Source: an uncultured Actinomycetes bacterium (GTDB lineage: Bacteria; Actinomycetota; Thermoleophilia; Solirubrobacterales; 70-9). Taken from it: a stretch of 64,000 nucleotides of DNA. Both the position numbers and the translations under genes were made by a program. This document shows positions 33,742 to 43,698 of this stretch, piece by piece (within the stretch, counting starts at the first letter, position 1; each line of letters begins with the position of its first letter). The stretch lies in assembly GCA_963797665.1 (NCBI GenBank), contig CAWCQE010000023.1, positions 219,845-283,844 of the forward strand. Direction: 5' to 3'. The notes under the pieces were generated by a model. The model searched no databases. It was not told where the DNA came from and worked only from the letters and a program-made list of their open reading frames with translations.

Positions 33742-35010
33742 GTGCCGGCGAGCGACGTCAACCGCACGATCGACGCCGTCTGGCGGATCGAGTCGGCGCG
33801 GCTGATCGCCGGCCTCGCCCGGATCGTGCGCGACGTCGGCGTCGCCGAGGACCTCGCGCAGGAGGCGCTCGTCGCGGCGCTCGAGCAGTGGCCCGAGTCG
33901 GCGTCCCGGACAACCCGGGCGCCTGGCTCATGGCCACGGCCAAGCACCGCGCGATCGACCGCCTGCGCCGCGCCGAGGTGCACGAGCGCAAGACGAGGAG
34001 CTGGGCGCGAGATCGAGCTCCGCGGCCAGAGCGAGAGCCCGCGACCTCGCGGCCGAGATCGACGATCCGTTCGACGACGACCTCCTGCGGCTGATCTTCA
34101 CCGCCTGCCATCCGGTGCTCTCGACCGAGGCGCGCGTCGCGCTCACCCTGCGCCTGCTCGGCGGCCTGACCACGCAGGAGATCGCCCGCGCGTTCCTGGT
34201 CTCCGGAGGCGACCGTGGCGCAGCGGATCGTGCGCGCCAAGCGCACGCTCTCGGCGGCGCGCGTGCCGTTCGAGGTGCCCGAGCGCGGCGAGCTCGCCGA
34301 GCGGCTCGCCTCGGTGCTCGAGGTGATCTACCTCATCTTCAACGAGGGCTACGCGGCGACCGCCGGCGACGACTGGATGCGGCCCGAGCTGATCGAGGAG
34401 GCGCTGCGGCTCGGGCGCATCCTCGCCGAGCTGCTCCCGGCGGAGCCGGAGGTGCACGGCCTCGTCGCGCTGATGGAGCTGCAGGCGTCGCGCTCGCGCG
34501 CGCGGATCGGGCCCGCCGGGGAGCCGGTCCTGCTGCTCGACCAGGACCGCGTCGCGCTGGGACTGGCTGCTCGTCGGCCGCGGGCTCGCCGCGCTCGAGC
34601 GCGCGCAGAGCGACCGGCGGCGCCCTCGGCCCGTACACGCTGCAGGCCGCGATCGCCGCCTGCCACGCGCGCGCCCGGATCGCCGAGGACACCGACTGGG
34701 AGCGCATCGTCGCCCTCTACGACGGACTCGCCCAGCTCGCGCCGTCGCCGGTGGTGGAGCTCAACCGCGCGGTCGCGGTCGGGATGGCGTTCGGCCCGGA
34801 GCCGGCGCTCGAGCTGGTCGACGCGCTCGCTCGCGAGCCGGCGCTGCGCGGCTACCACCTGCTGCCGACCGTGCGCGGCGACCTGCTCGCGAAGCTCGGC
34901 CGCGACGACGAGGCGCGCGCGGAGTTCGAGCGCGCCGCCGCGCTCACCGCAGAACGCCCGCGAGCGGGCGGTGCTGCTCGAGCGAGTGGCCGACCTGCTC
35001 CTCCCGGAAC
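33742..35010 (+). CDS. Sigma-70-family (ECF-like) RNA polymerase sigma factor with C-terminal TPR-like extension (COG4941-type, classic partner of DGPF proteins); many apparent frameshifts
   Basis: Region 2: DVGVAEDLAQEALVAALEQWPESGVPDNPGAWLMATAKHRAIDRLRR; region 4: ALTLRLLGGLTTQEIARAFLVSEATVAQRIVRAKRTL; C-terminal extension ...GPYTLQAAIAACHARA...YHLLPTVRGDLLAKLGRDDEARAEFERAAAL; 3' end depends on an indel near 35000. Confidence 0.6.
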
Positions 35011-35036
35011 GGCGGCTGAACAGAAGGAGGGACTCG

Positions 35037-35250
35037 ATGTTGCTCGAGAACAAGAGAACTGTCATCTACGGAGGCGCCGGCTGGATCGACGGGGCAGTGG
35101 CCGTTGCCTTCGCCCGCGAGAGGGCGAAGGTCTTCCTCGCCGGCCGCACGCGGGCCAGGCTCGAGGGCCAGCCTGGTCCGACGATGTCCGGCCAACTGCT
35201 CGAGCAACGGCCCATGCTCAGCGAATTCGGCAATTGCGGGTTAGGCTCCC
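35037..35250 (+). pseudogene. N-terminal remnant of an SDR-family (Rossmann fold) oxidoreductase
   Basis: Perfect RBS AAGGAGG 7 nt upstream of ATG; MLLENKRTVIYGGAGWIDGAVAVAFARERAKVFLAGRTRARLEG resembles SDR N-terminus (TGxxxGxG, ...AKVxLxGR) but similarity ends after about 45 codons. Confidence 0.25.
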
Positions 35251-35256
35251 CGCTTC

Positions 35257-35913
35257 ATGCCGCCGCTGCCGCGCCCATACCCCCGCTTCATCGCCGACTC
35301 GCCGCAGGAGGGCAAGCCGTACGGGCGCTGGGAGGAACGGCTGCGGAACGAGTTCGCCGAGGCGTGCTCGGAGCACGCGGGCGAGGCGGGCGGGCCGTTG
35401 GACCCCGGGACGATCAAGTGGTTTCCGGAGCGGGGCTGGGGCGGACGCGTCTACGTCCCGGCGACCGGCGGGGCAGCGGAGGGCGAGGCCGCTACGGACG
35501 ATGAGCCAGCCGAAGGCCCGGTCGAATACTTCGGCTGGGTCTCGTTCGAGCGCCCGGAGGACGGGGAGCCGAGCGATCTGGCCGCCCGGGCTGACTTCAC
35601 CGACGTCACCGCCGAGGACAACCCCGACTGGAAGATCGACCTCTCCGACGATGTCATCGGTCCGTGGCGCGCGGAGGGTGATCGGGGCGGCGACATCACG
35701 CTCGTTTGGGGCTTGCCGCTGGTGCGGGGAGCGGTCGCCGCGACCGCCGAGCTCGACGGAGAGGTCCTCGATCAGGCCGCGGTCACCGACGGCCGCTTCA
35801 CGCTCGTTGCCATCGACGCGGTGCGGGGGTTCGGCGACGACATTTATCTCGAGGTGAAGCTCTGGGACCGCCGACTGCGGGAGATCGCGTCCGAGAGCCT
35901 CTACGCGGAGTGA
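35257..35913 (+). CDS. Hypothetical acidic protein (no recognisable domain)
   Basis: 218-aa ORF with Asp/Glu-rich, non-repetitive composition (…YFGWVSFERPEDGEPSDLAARADFTDVTAEDNPDWKIDLSDDVIGPW…), codon usage consistent with neighbours. Confidence 0.45.
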   Translation: MPPLPRPYPRFIADSPQEGKPYGRWEERLRNEFAEACSEHAGEAGGPLDPGTIKWFPERGWGGRVYVPATGGAAEGEAATDDEPAEGPVEYFGWVSFERPEDGEPSDLAARADFTDVTAEDNPDWKIDLSDDVIGPWRAEGDRGGDITLVWGLPLVRGAVAATAELDGEVLDQAAVTDGRFTLVAIDAVRGFGDDIYLEVKLWDRRLREIASESLYAE

Positions 35914-36027
35914 TCGCGCGACAGCCGCCCGCCTGGCGGGAGCGTGGAGGGTCAAACCGAGGCCGGCGGTGAGGTTCGCGGTGCCCGCGTAACCGAACCG
36001 TTACATGGGTATATGTATCATCGAACA

Positions 36028-36978
36028 ATGACACGACTGGCTGAGGGGACAACCGAATTCGAGACCGTGCACCACGTCGAGCTGCACGGGCACCACGTGA
36101 GCTACCGGACGGCGGGCTCGGGCCCGGTGATTCTGCTCGTACACGGCGTCGCGGGCACCTCGGAGCAGTGGGCGGATGTCGCACCCGTGCTGGCCGAGGA
36201 GTTCACGGTCCTGGCGCCCGACCTGCTCGGGCACGGCCAGTCGGCAAAGCCGCAGGGCGACTATTCGCTCGGCGCCTACGCGGTGAGCCTGCGCGACCTC
36301 CTCGTCGTGCTGGGGCACCGCCGCGCCACGATCGTCGGCCACTCCCTCGGGGGCGGCGTCGCGATGCAGTTCGCCTACGAGTACCCGGTGTTCGCCGAGC
36401 GCATGGTGGTCGTGTCGAGTGGCGGGCTGGGCCGCGAGGTTCATCCTCTGCTGCGGGCGGCAACGCTGCCGGGCGCGGAGCTCATGCTCCCGCTGCTCGC
36501 GCACCAGCGGGTGCTGGGCGCCGGCGGCGCGGTCGGCCAGATCCTCGCGCGGCTCGGCCTGCGCGCCGGCCCGGACATCGCCGAGATGGCCCGCGGCTAC
36601 GCCTCGCTCAGCGACGCCGAGGCCAGGGCCGCCTTCCTCCACACGGTCCGCGCGGTCATCGACTACACCGGCCAGCGGGTGAGCGCCGCCGACCGTCTGT
36701 ACCTCGCGAGCCTGCTCCCGACGCTGATCGTCTGGGGTCGGCGGGACCCGCTCATCCCCGCCGCCCACGGCGAGTTCGCCCACGGCCAGATGCCCGGGAG
36801 CCGCCTCGAGATCTTCGAGGAGGCGGGCCACTTCCCACACCTCGACGACCCGATCCGCTTCGCGGCCCTGCTCCGCGACTTCCTCGAGGAGACCGAGCCG
36901 GCCGAATTCGAGTTCAGCGACGAGGATCTCGACGAGCTGCGCCAGCGGATCCTGGACCACTCGCGCCGCTCGACGTAG
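36028..36978 (+). CDS. Alpha/beta-fold hydrolase
   Basis: VILLVHGVAGTSEQW (HG oxyanion), nucleophile elbow GHSLGGGVAM, C-terminal GHFPHLDDP (catalytic His); AT-rich promoter-like tract TTACATGGGTATATGTATCATCGAACA upstream. Confidence 0.75.
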   Translation: MTRLAEGTTEFETVHHVELHGHHVSYRTAGSGPVILLVHGVAGTSEQWADVAPVLAEEFTVLAPDLLGHGQSAKPQGDYSLGAYAVSLRDLLVVLGHRRATIVGHSLGGGVAMQFAYEYPVFAERMVVVSSGGLGREVHPLLRAATLPGAELMLPLLAHQRVLGAGGAVGQILARLGLRAGPDIAEMARGYASLSDAEARAAFLHTVRAVIDYTGQRVSAADRLYLASLLPTLIVWGRRDPLIPAAHGEFAHGQMPGSRLEIFEEAGHFPHLDDPIRFAALLRDFLEETEPAEFEFSDEDLDELRQRILDHSRRST

Positions 36979-37008
36979 GCCGGCGAGGTCCTCGCCGGCC
37001 GGGCGGGA

Positions 37009-37419
37009 CTACCGCGGGCCGACCGTCACCGCCGTCGCATCGGCCTCCTCGATCGGCACGATCTCACGGCCGAACGGCCACAGCGAGATCGGGATCAGCT
37101 TGAAGTTGCCGAGCCCGAGCGGGATCCCGATGATCGTGATGCAGAGGAGGATGCCGGTGACCAGGTGGCCGATGGCGAGCCACCAGCCGGCCAGGATCAG
37201 CCAGAGGATGTTTCCAATCAGCGACGGTGCTCCCGCGTCCGGCCGCTTGAGGACGGTGCGGCCGAACGGCCACAGCGCGAAGACACCGAGCTTCACCGCC
37301 TGCAGCGCGAACGGGATGGTGATGATGAGAATGAACATCACGAGCGCCGCGAACAGGTAGCCGATCGCAAGCCACAGCCCGGCCAGCACGAACCACAGGA
37401 CGTTTCCGATCAGCCTCAT
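37009..37419 (-). CDS. yccF: YccF-family inner membrane protein (DUF307, duplicated domain)
   Basis: Internal duplication IGNVLWFVLAGLWLAIGYL... / IGNILWLILAGWWLAIGHL... typical of YccF. Confidence 0.75.
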   Translation of the reverse strand: MRLIGNVLWFVLAGLWLAIGYLFAALVMFILIITIPFALQAVKLGVFALWPFGRTVLKRPDAGAPSLIGNILWLILAGWWLAIGHLVTGILLCITIIGIPLGLGNFKLIPISLWPFGREIVPIEEADATAVTVGPR

Positions 37420-37842
37420 GCGAGCCCAGTATCTCCGAAACTGGGCCGCGAGTTCCGCCTCCGGTCACCTCATTCGGGGATGAGCCAGGGAAGCCGGCTG
37501 CTTCGCTCGAGGGGCTGACGGCCGAGGGGCACTCCTCGCCGCTCCCCGGACGTAGCAGGCGAACCGGGCCACGAGCGTACGCCGCGGGCCAAGGTCCCGG
37601 CGACGAACGAGCTCCGCCTGCTTCCGACGCGATCGAATCGCGTCCTCATCCGGCCGGACGCTCTCCGGAAAGCGGACCTGACGCGCGACGAACTGGGCGA
37701 GTGGAATCACGGTGTTTCCTCCTTCCTCGGGAGGCGGCAAGCGACGCAGGCGCCGACCGCGCATGACCGGTAAACAATCTACACCGGTCAGCATGACCTG
37801 TCAAGCGGTTTAGGTGGTCATCGTGGCTGTACAATTTCAGGC

Positions 37843-38439
37843 GTGGACGTCGCGGAGCTCGCTCGACAGATCGAGTACAAGGTCGCGCCCGTGCCGCTGA
37901 TCGCGGTCCAGGGCCTGGCCAACACCTTCGCGTTCGATCCGACGGAGGAGCGGCTCGCCGATGCGCGTGCCGCCCGCGAATGGCTGCTGCTATCCGATCT
38001 GGCGACGCCCGACGTTCAGGTCGGCAGGCGAGAGCTTGACCACCTGCTGGAGTGCCGCGCCGCGATCCGCGATCTGCTCGATTCCAATCTCACCGGCAAC
38101 GCCGACCCGTCGGCGAGCGTTCGACTCGCCCGCCTCGCGGCCGATCATCCGGTGACCCTGACGAAGGGCAGCGGCGAAGCGCTTTCACTCGACCTCAGCC
38201 CGGCCACGTCGGTGGACGGCCTGATCGCGCAGATGATCGGGATCGTCTTCCAGGCGCAGCTCGAAGGGCGATGGTCGCGGCTGAAGATCTGCGCCAACGA
38301 CGAGTGCCGGTGGGCGTTCTTCGACAGCTCCCGAAACCAGGGCGGCACCTGGTGTCAGATGGAGATCTGCGGGAATCGGGTGAAGAACCGCACGTATCGG
38401 CGCCGAGTGTCCGCTCGGCGTCGCGTTCCGGCGCCCTAG
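37843..38439 (+). CDS. ABATE-domain + CGNR zinc-finger protein (putative stress-responsive regulator)
   Basis: C-terminal CANDECRWAFFDSSRNQGGTWCQMEICGNRVKNRTYRRR (CGNR zinc finger); GTG start. Confidence 0.75.
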   Translation: MDVAELARQIEYKVAPVPLIAVQGLANTFAFDPTEERLADARAAREWLLLSDLATPDVQVGRRELDHLLECRAAIRDLLDSNLTGNADPSASVRLARLAADHPVTLTKGSGEALSLDLSPATSVDGLIAQMIGIVFQAQLEGRWSRLKICANDECRWAFFDSSRNQGGTWCQMEICGNRVKNRTYRRRVSARRRVPAP

Positions 38440-39176
38440 GAGCCGGCGCTCTGGTACTCGTCGTGTCGACGTATCCAGATGGGCCGATCGTCGTCCTCGT
38501 TGCGCCCCTTCGGCGTTCGGTCGAGCATGCCGTAGTAGGCCATCGTCGGCTCTAGTCCGCGCGCGGTGGTGACGTAGGTCCGGTACACCGTCCCGCCCTC
38601 GAGCGCGTACGCGCTCAGCCCCGGGCTCTCGGCGATGTAGCCGGCGGCGTCGGTTCCACACCCCTCCGCGTTCTGCTTCACGGTCGGGTGAATGTCGCCC
38701 TCGAGGAAGGGACGCAGCTCCTCCTCGGTGTGGGTGAATCCGAGGTCACGGTTGAAGTCGCTGCCGCCGGCGGAGACCCAGTCCAGGCTCCAGCCCATCC
38801 GCTCCTTGAAGGCCTGGAGCCTCTCGACCGGGGCGCGCGAGACGAGCAGCATGGTCACGTCTCGTGCCGCCAGATGGACCGCGTTCGGATCGATGGTGTC
38901 GGTGATCGAGGAGCAGACGGGGCAGCCCACCTCGTATGGCGGGCCGAACATGAAGTGGTAGATGAGCAGCTGCGAGCGACCGTCGAAGAGCTCGGCGAGT
39001 GACTTCGTCCCCGCGTCCGTCTCGAAGCGGTAGTCCTTCTCGACCGCCACCCAGGGAAGCTCCCGCCGCCTCCGCGTGAGCTCGTCGCTGCGGCGCGTGA
39101 GCTCCTTCTCCTCCGCGAGCAGCTCCTCGCGGGCCGCATCGAACTCCTCCTGTGAGCCGATCCTGTGATCCGCCAT
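38436..39176 (-). CDS. DUF899 thioredoxin-like family protein
   Basis: ...WVAVEKDYRFETDAGTKSLAELFDGRSQLLIYHFMFGPPYEVGCPVCSSITD... matches the DUF899 family conserved core (CPxC-like). Confidence 0.7.
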   Translation of the reverse strand: MADHRIGSQEEFDAAREELLAEEKELTRRSDELTRRRRELPWVAVEKDYRFETDAGTKSLAELFDGRSQLLIYHFMFGPPYEVGCPVCSSITDTIDPNAVHLAARDVTMLLVSRAPVERLQAFKERMGWSLDWVSAGGSDFNRDLGFTHTEEELRPFLEGDIHPTVKQNAEGCGTDAAGYIAESPGLSAYALEGGTVYRTYVTTARGLEPTMAYYGMLDRTPKGRNEDDDRPIWIRRHDEYQSAGS

Positions 39177-39343
39177 CGGTTCCTCCTATCAGTCGCACCT
39201 GCCGCCGAAACCGCGGCGGAGGCCGAAACTACTCCGTTTCGTGGTTTGGTAATTGCTAGTTCAGACACCGCAGTCGCCGCAACCGGAACGGACGATTCCT
39301 TTCGGGCGCCGACGGGGTCGTTACCTATGACGAGCGTGAATCA

Positions 39344-40369
39344 ATGTGGCCGTGCGAGGATCCCGTGGTGACAGACCGGACGCTCACTCGCGCCCGCGCG
39401 GGAGACGAGGAAGCGTTTCGCGAGCTCACCGACCCCTACCGGAGCGAGTTGCAGTTGCACTGCTACCGGATCCTGGGCTCCGTACAGGACGCGGAGGACC
39501 TGCTCCAGGAGACGCTCTTGGCGGCCTGGCGCGGGCTTGAGCGCTTCGAGGGCCGAGGGTCACTGCGCGCCTGGCTCTATCGAATCGCGACCAACCGCTG
39601 CCTGAACGTGTTGCGCGACAGCGCGCGCCGCCCGCGGGAGCTGGAGCCCATGGTCGACCCGCCCGCCCCCACCCGCCGAATCGAGCCGGTCTGGCTGGAG
39701 CCCTACCCCGACGTCCTCCTAGACGCTCTTCCGGACAGCTCAGTGGGCCCGGAGGGGCGGTACGAGACGAGGGAGGCCGTCGCGCTGGCGTTCGTCACCG
39801 CTCTCCAGCATCTCCCACCGCGCCAGCGCGCCGTGCTCGTGCTTCGCGACGTGCTCGCCTTTCGGACGGCCGAGGTGGCGGCGATGCTCGAGACCAGCGA
39901 GGGCGCGGTGAAGGGGGCCCTGCAGCGCGCCCGGGAAACCCTCGAGACGCTCCCGGCCGGTCAGCCCGACCGCAGCCCATTGCCGCACTCGCAGCGGGAG
40001 CGCGAGCTGGTTGGGCAATTCGCCGACGCCGTCGAGAGCGGCGACATGGACAGCGTTGTCTCCCTCTTGACCCACGACGCCCGGATCACGATGCCACCGC
40101 AGCCGCTCGAGTATCAGGGTCACGCGGCGATCGCCGGCTTTCTCGACGAGCGCGCCAGGCTGCGCGGTCGACCCCTCCGGCTGGTGCCCACGCGGGCGAA
40201 CGGCCAGCCGGCGTTCGGCTGCTACCTGCCATCCGAACAGGCAGCCATCGCGCGCCCATACGGCCTGATGGTCCTTACCCTCGAGGACGACTGGGTCTCC
40301 GCCATCACCTGGTTCGCCGATACCGGCGTCCTACCGCACTTCGGCCTACCCCGCGCGGTGCCCGGTTAG
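39344..40369 (+). CDS. ECF sigma factor with C-terminal SnoaL-like extension (ECF41/SigJ-type)
   Basis: Region 2 FRELTDPYRSELQLHCYRILGSVQDAEDLLQETLLAAWRGLERF...WLYRIATNRCLN; region 4 ...LPPRQRAVLVLRDVLAFRTAEVAAMLETSEGAVKGALQRAR; C-terminal about 130-aa NTF2/SnoaL-like domain with DGD-like motif (VESGDMD). Confidence 0.75.
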   Translation: MWPCEDPVVTDRTLTRARAGDEEAFRELTDPYRSELQLHCYRILGSVQDAEDLLQETLLAAWRGLERFEGRGSLRAWLYRIATNRCLNVLRDSARRPRELEPMVDPPAPTRRIEPVWLEPYPDVLLDALPDSSVGPEGRYETREAVALAFVTALQHLPPRQRAVLVLRDVLAFRTAEVAAMLETSEGAVKGALQRARETLETLPAGQPDRSPLPHSQRERELVGQFADAVESGDMDSVVSLLTHDARITMPPQPLEYQGHAAIAGFLDERARLRGRPLRLVPTRANGQPAFGCYLPSEQAAIARPYGLMVLTLEDDWVSAITWFADTGVLPHFGLPRAVPG

Positions 40370-40439
40370 ACAGTGCAGAGCCTCCAAGTCCATGGGCGCT
40401 CTCTCCTGGGAGGTTTCTTCGCCGGCCCGGCGCCGGTTT

Positions 40440-41075
40440 TCAGAGCACTCGCGGCAGCTTTGCGGTCCCCGGCGCCCGCAGGCCGTCGAGGATGATCTCG
40501 ACGAGGCGCGGCCAGCGACCGGTCGCAGGCCCAACGTTCGCCTGCGTGATCCGGCCAAGCCCGCACGCGATCATCGGGATGTCCTCCCAGACCAGGTCGC
40601 GGCGAAGCTCGCCCGACCGCTGAGCCCGCTTGACGAGCTCCGCGCAGAGCTCCGACAGGCCCGCCGCGCGGGCCGCGGCATCCATGACCTCCGGGCGCGA
40701 TCCCATCACCTCGCAGAGCCCGCGGTCATCGGCCTGAATTTGGGCGGAGTAGCGGATGAAGTCGGAGATCCCCTCCCACGGGTCCTCCGCCTCGAGGCCC
40801 TCGCGAGCCTTCTGGGCGAGGCGCTCGAAGCGCTCGCCGACCAGGGCGGCGATCAGGTCGTCCTTGGTCGGGAAATGCCGGTAGACGGTCCCCACGCCGA
40901 CCTTCGCTGCCTTCGCCACATCGGGCATCTGGGCGTCCAGGCCCTGGTCGGCGAACAGCTGCTTCGCGGCCGCGATCACGGCCTCCCGGTTGCGGCGGGC
41001 GTCGGCCCGCAGGGTCCTCTCGACGCTGTCGAGCTTCCCGTCCGAGGCGGGCTTCTTCTGAGTGACGGTCGTCAA
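40440..41075 (-). CDS. TetR-family transcriptional regulator
   Basis: HTH ...RNREAVIAAAKQLFADQGLDAQMPDVAKAAKVGVGTVYRHFPTKDDLIAAL; TTG start at 41073-41075 preferred over ATG 41108 because it leaves the operator palindromes intergenic. Confidence 0.75.
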   Translation of the reverse strand: MTTVTQKKPASDGKLDSVERTLRADARRNREAVIAAAKQLFADQGLDAQMPDVAKAAKVGVGTVYRHFPTKDDLIAALVGERFERLAQKAREGLEAEDPWEGISDFIRYSAQIQADDRGLCEVMGSRPEVMDAAARAAGLSELCAELVKRAQRSGELRRDLVWEDIPMIACGLGRITQANVGPATGRWPRLVEIILDGLRAPGTAKLPRVL

Positions 41076-41081
41076 TGTAAG

Positions 41082-41126
41082 CGGAATCGAAATTCCGGTA
41101 TGCTCCACCGAAATCGGAATTCCGAT
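41082..41126. promoter_or_regulatory. Two palindromic operator-like sites in the tetR-MFS divergent intergenic region
   Basis: CGGAATCGAAATTCCG (41082-41097) and perfect 14-bp palindrome ATCGGAATTCCGAT (41113-41126), sharing the CGGAAT/ATTCCG half-site. Confidence 0.4.
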
Positions 41127-41221
41127 TCCGAATAAGCCTACCGCACCTGTCTATTTGCGCCTCGCCCGTTCGTCGTAAGGGTGAAGACGAAAAAGCGGCC
41201 GAATGGAAAGGAGCCGGAGAC

Positions 41222-42682
41222 GTGACAACCGCACAGCAATATCTCGAACGCCGGTGGACCGCCCTGATCCTGCTCTGCGTGGCGCAGTTCGTCGTCGTCC
41301 TCGACGCGTCCATCGTCAACGTCGCCCTGCCCAGCATCGGCAAGGGCCTCGACTTCTCCGAGCAGAACCTCCCATGGGTCGTAAACGCCTACGTGATCGC
41401 GTTCGGCGGCTTCCTGCTCCTGGGCGGTCGCGCGGCGGACCTGCTGGGCCGCCGGCGCGTCTTCATCGCCGGGCTTTTGGTCGTGGCCGTCGCATCGCTG
41501 GCCGCGGGATTCGCCGCCAACCAGGGTCAGCTGATAGCTGCGCGCGCAGCGCAGGGCCTGGGCGCGGCGATCATCTCGCCGTCCGCGCTCTCGATCGTCA
41601 CCTCGCTGTTCAAGGACGGGGCCGAGCGCAACAAGGCCCTGGGCGCCTGGGGCGCGGTCGCGGGCTCCGCGGGCGCTGCGGGAGTGCTCCTCGGAGGCAT
41701 CCTCACCGACGGCCTCGGATGGGAATGGGTCCTCTGGGTCAACGTCCCGGTGGCGCTCATCGCGCTTGCGTTCACGCCCGGGCTGATTCCGGAGAGCCGC
41801 TCCGAGTCGGCGACGCGCCACTTCGACGCCGCCGGGGCCGTCAGCGTCACCGCCGGCCTCTCGGTCCTCGCCTACGCCTTGCTCGACGCGAGCTCCGCCG
41901 GCTGGGGCTCGACCAAGATCGTCAGCCTGCTGGCGCTCTCGGTGGCGCTGATCGGAGCGTTCGTCGCGATCGAGCTGCGCTCGAAGGCGCCGCTCGTTCC
42001 CTTCCGGATCTTCCGCCTCAGGACCCTGACCGGCGCCAACGTCGTCGGACTGCTGCTCGGCGCGTCGCTGTTCTCGATGTTCTTCTTCATCTCGCTCTAC
42101 ATGCAGCAGGTGCTCGGCTACAGCCCGATTCACGCCGGGCTGTCGTACCTGCCGTTGGCGGTGACGATCATCGTTGCCGCGGGCCTGGGGGGTCAGCTCG
42201 TCACTCGGTTCGGCTTCAAGCCGATCCTGGCGGCGGGGATGCTGTTCGTCGCGCTCGGCCTCGCGTGGTTCAGCCAGGTATCCGTCGGCGGCGGCTTCAC
42301 CACCGACATCCTCGGGCCCTCGCTGCTCGCGGCGATCGGCCTCGGGTTCGGCTTCGTCACCTCGACGATCGCGGCCGTCTCGGGGGTCAAGCAGCGAGAG
42401 CAGGGCCTGGCGAGTGGGCTCATCAACACCTCGCAGCAGATCGGCGGTGCCCTCGGCCTCGCGGTGCTGTCGACCATCGCGACCTCGCGAACCGACCACC
42501 TCATGGCGAGTGGGACCTCGTCCCTGCCGAACGCTCTCACGGAGGGATTCCAGAGCGCGTTCCTGGGCGGCGCGGCGATCGCGGCGCTGGGCTTCGTGGC
42601 GACCCTGATACTGATTCGCACCCGAGACAGCCGGGCGCATGTCGAGATGGCGAACGCGGAGGCGACCCCCGCCGGAGCCTAG
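41222..42682 (+). CDS. MFS transporter, DHA2 (EmrB/QacA, 14-TMS) drug:H+ antiporter family
   Basis: VVLDASIVNVALPSIGKGL, WVVNAYVIAFGGFLLLGGRAADLLGRRRVF (motif A), 14 predicted TM helices; divergent from tetR. Confidence 0.85.
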   Translation: MTTAQQYLERRWTALILLCVAQFVVVLDASIVNVALPSIGKGLDFSEQNLPWVVNAYVIAFGGFLLLGGRAADLLGRRRVFIAGLLVVAVASLAAGFAANQGQLIAARAAQGLGAAIISPSALSIVTSLFKDGAERNKALGAWGAVAGSAGAAGVLLGGILTDGLGWEWVLWVNVPVALIALAFTPGLIPESRSESATRHFDAAGAVSVTAGLSVLAYALLDASSAGWGSTKIVSLLALSVALIGAFVAIELRSKAPLVPFRIFRLRTLTGANVVGLLLGASLFSMFFFISLYMQQVLGYSPIHAGLSYLPLAVTIIVAAGLGGQLVTRFGFKPILAAGMLFVALGLAWFSQVSVGGGFTTDILGPSLLAAIGLGFGFVTSTIAAVSGVKQREQGLASGLINTSQQIGGALGLAVLSTIATSRTDHLMASGTSSLPNALTEGFQSAFLGGAAIAALGFVATLILIRTRDSRAHVEMANAEATPAGA

Positions 42683-42780
42683 TCCGCCTCGCGTATCCGG
42701 GTCTCCGAGGGTGTTACCCGCGTCAAGGACCTGCGCCGATCCGCCCGGCGGTGCGCGCTCGCCGGTGGCCGCTCGTGGGC

Positions 42781-43620
42781 ATGGGTTCTTGCGAATATGC
42801 CGACGTGGCACGGCTCAGCGCGAAAGAGCGCGCGCAGCTCCCTGACAGCGCCTTTGCGTACATCGATTCGCGCGGCCGACGCCGTCTGCCGATCCACGAC
42901 GCGGTGCACGTCCGGAACGCCCTGGCGCGATTCAGCCAGTGCGCTTTCGAGGACGAAGCGGCGCGCGACCGGGCGCGCAACAGGCTGCTGAGGGCGGCGA
43001 AGAAACACAGGATCATGCCGATCGGCTTCATGAGCGCACAGCTGCGACCGCAGCTGAAGCTGCCGAAAGGCCACGTCACATTCCTGCTGACCGACATGGA
43101 GGGATCGACCGAGCTGGTTGGGCGCCTCGACGATCAATACGTCCCCCTTCTGGCCAACGTCCGCCGACTGGTTCGTGCGGCGGTCCGATCTGCCGGCGGT
43201 CGCGAGGTGTCCGTCACCGGCGATGATCTGTTGGCCGTGTTCGAGCTCGCGCCCTCGGCGCTGGACGCCGCGCTGGCGATCCAGCGGACGATGCATGCGG
43301 GCGCCTGGCCCGGAGGGACCGACGTGCGGCTGCGCATCGGCCTCCACCGCGGGCGCCCGGCGCTCACCGAAACCGGCTATGTCGGGATCTCGGTGCACGC
43401 CGCCGCGCGCATCTGCTTCGCGGCGCACGGCGGGCAGATCGTCATGTCCTCCGCCGTTCGCTCCGCGATCCCCGAGCCGCCGGCGGACGGTGTCAGCCTG
43501 AAGAGCCTGGGAGCCTGGCGATTCCGCGGCCTCCCGGAGCCGGTGGAGCTGTTCCAGGTCCACGCCGTCGACCTGCTCGCCGACTTCCCGCCTCTTCGCT
43601 CCGCCATCCCCGTTGACTAG
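42781..43620 (+). CDS. Class III adenylate/guanylate cyclase (CHD domain) with unusual about 90-aa N-terminal domain
   Basis: VTFLLTDMEGSTELVGRL..., ...VTGDDLLAVFELAPSALDAALAIQRTM..., RIGLHRGRPALTETGYVGISVHAAARI (cyclase homology domain metal/transition-state residues); N-terminus MGSCEYADVARLSAKERAQLPDSAFAYIDSRGRRRLPIHDAVHVRNALARFSQ... of unknown function. Confidence 0.75.
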   Translation: MGSCEYADVARLSAKERAQLPDSAFAYIDSRGRRRLPIHDAVHVRNALARFSQCAFEDEAARDRARNRLLRAAKKHRIMPIGFMSAQLRPQLKLPKGHVTFLLTDMEGSTELVGRLDDQYVPLLANVRRLVRAAVRSAGGREVSVTGDDLLAVFELAPSALDAALAIQRTMHAGAWPGGTDVRLRIGLHRGRPALTETGYVGISVHAAARICFAAHGGQIVMSSAVRSAIPEPPADGVSLKSLGAWRFRGLPEPVELFQVHAVDLLADFPPLRSAIPVD

Positions 43621-43698
43621 CGGGCTCGATCGCCGCGATACGGCTGTCGCGGGCGCCCTCTGCACCGTGGCGGCCGCGACGCCCGGAGCGCTGGCCGA

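Noticed and set aside
37465-37794. 109-aa minus-strand ORF between yccF and the CGNR gene
   Set aside because: Arg-rich with no domain. It is located in a probable promoter region and coding potential is weak.
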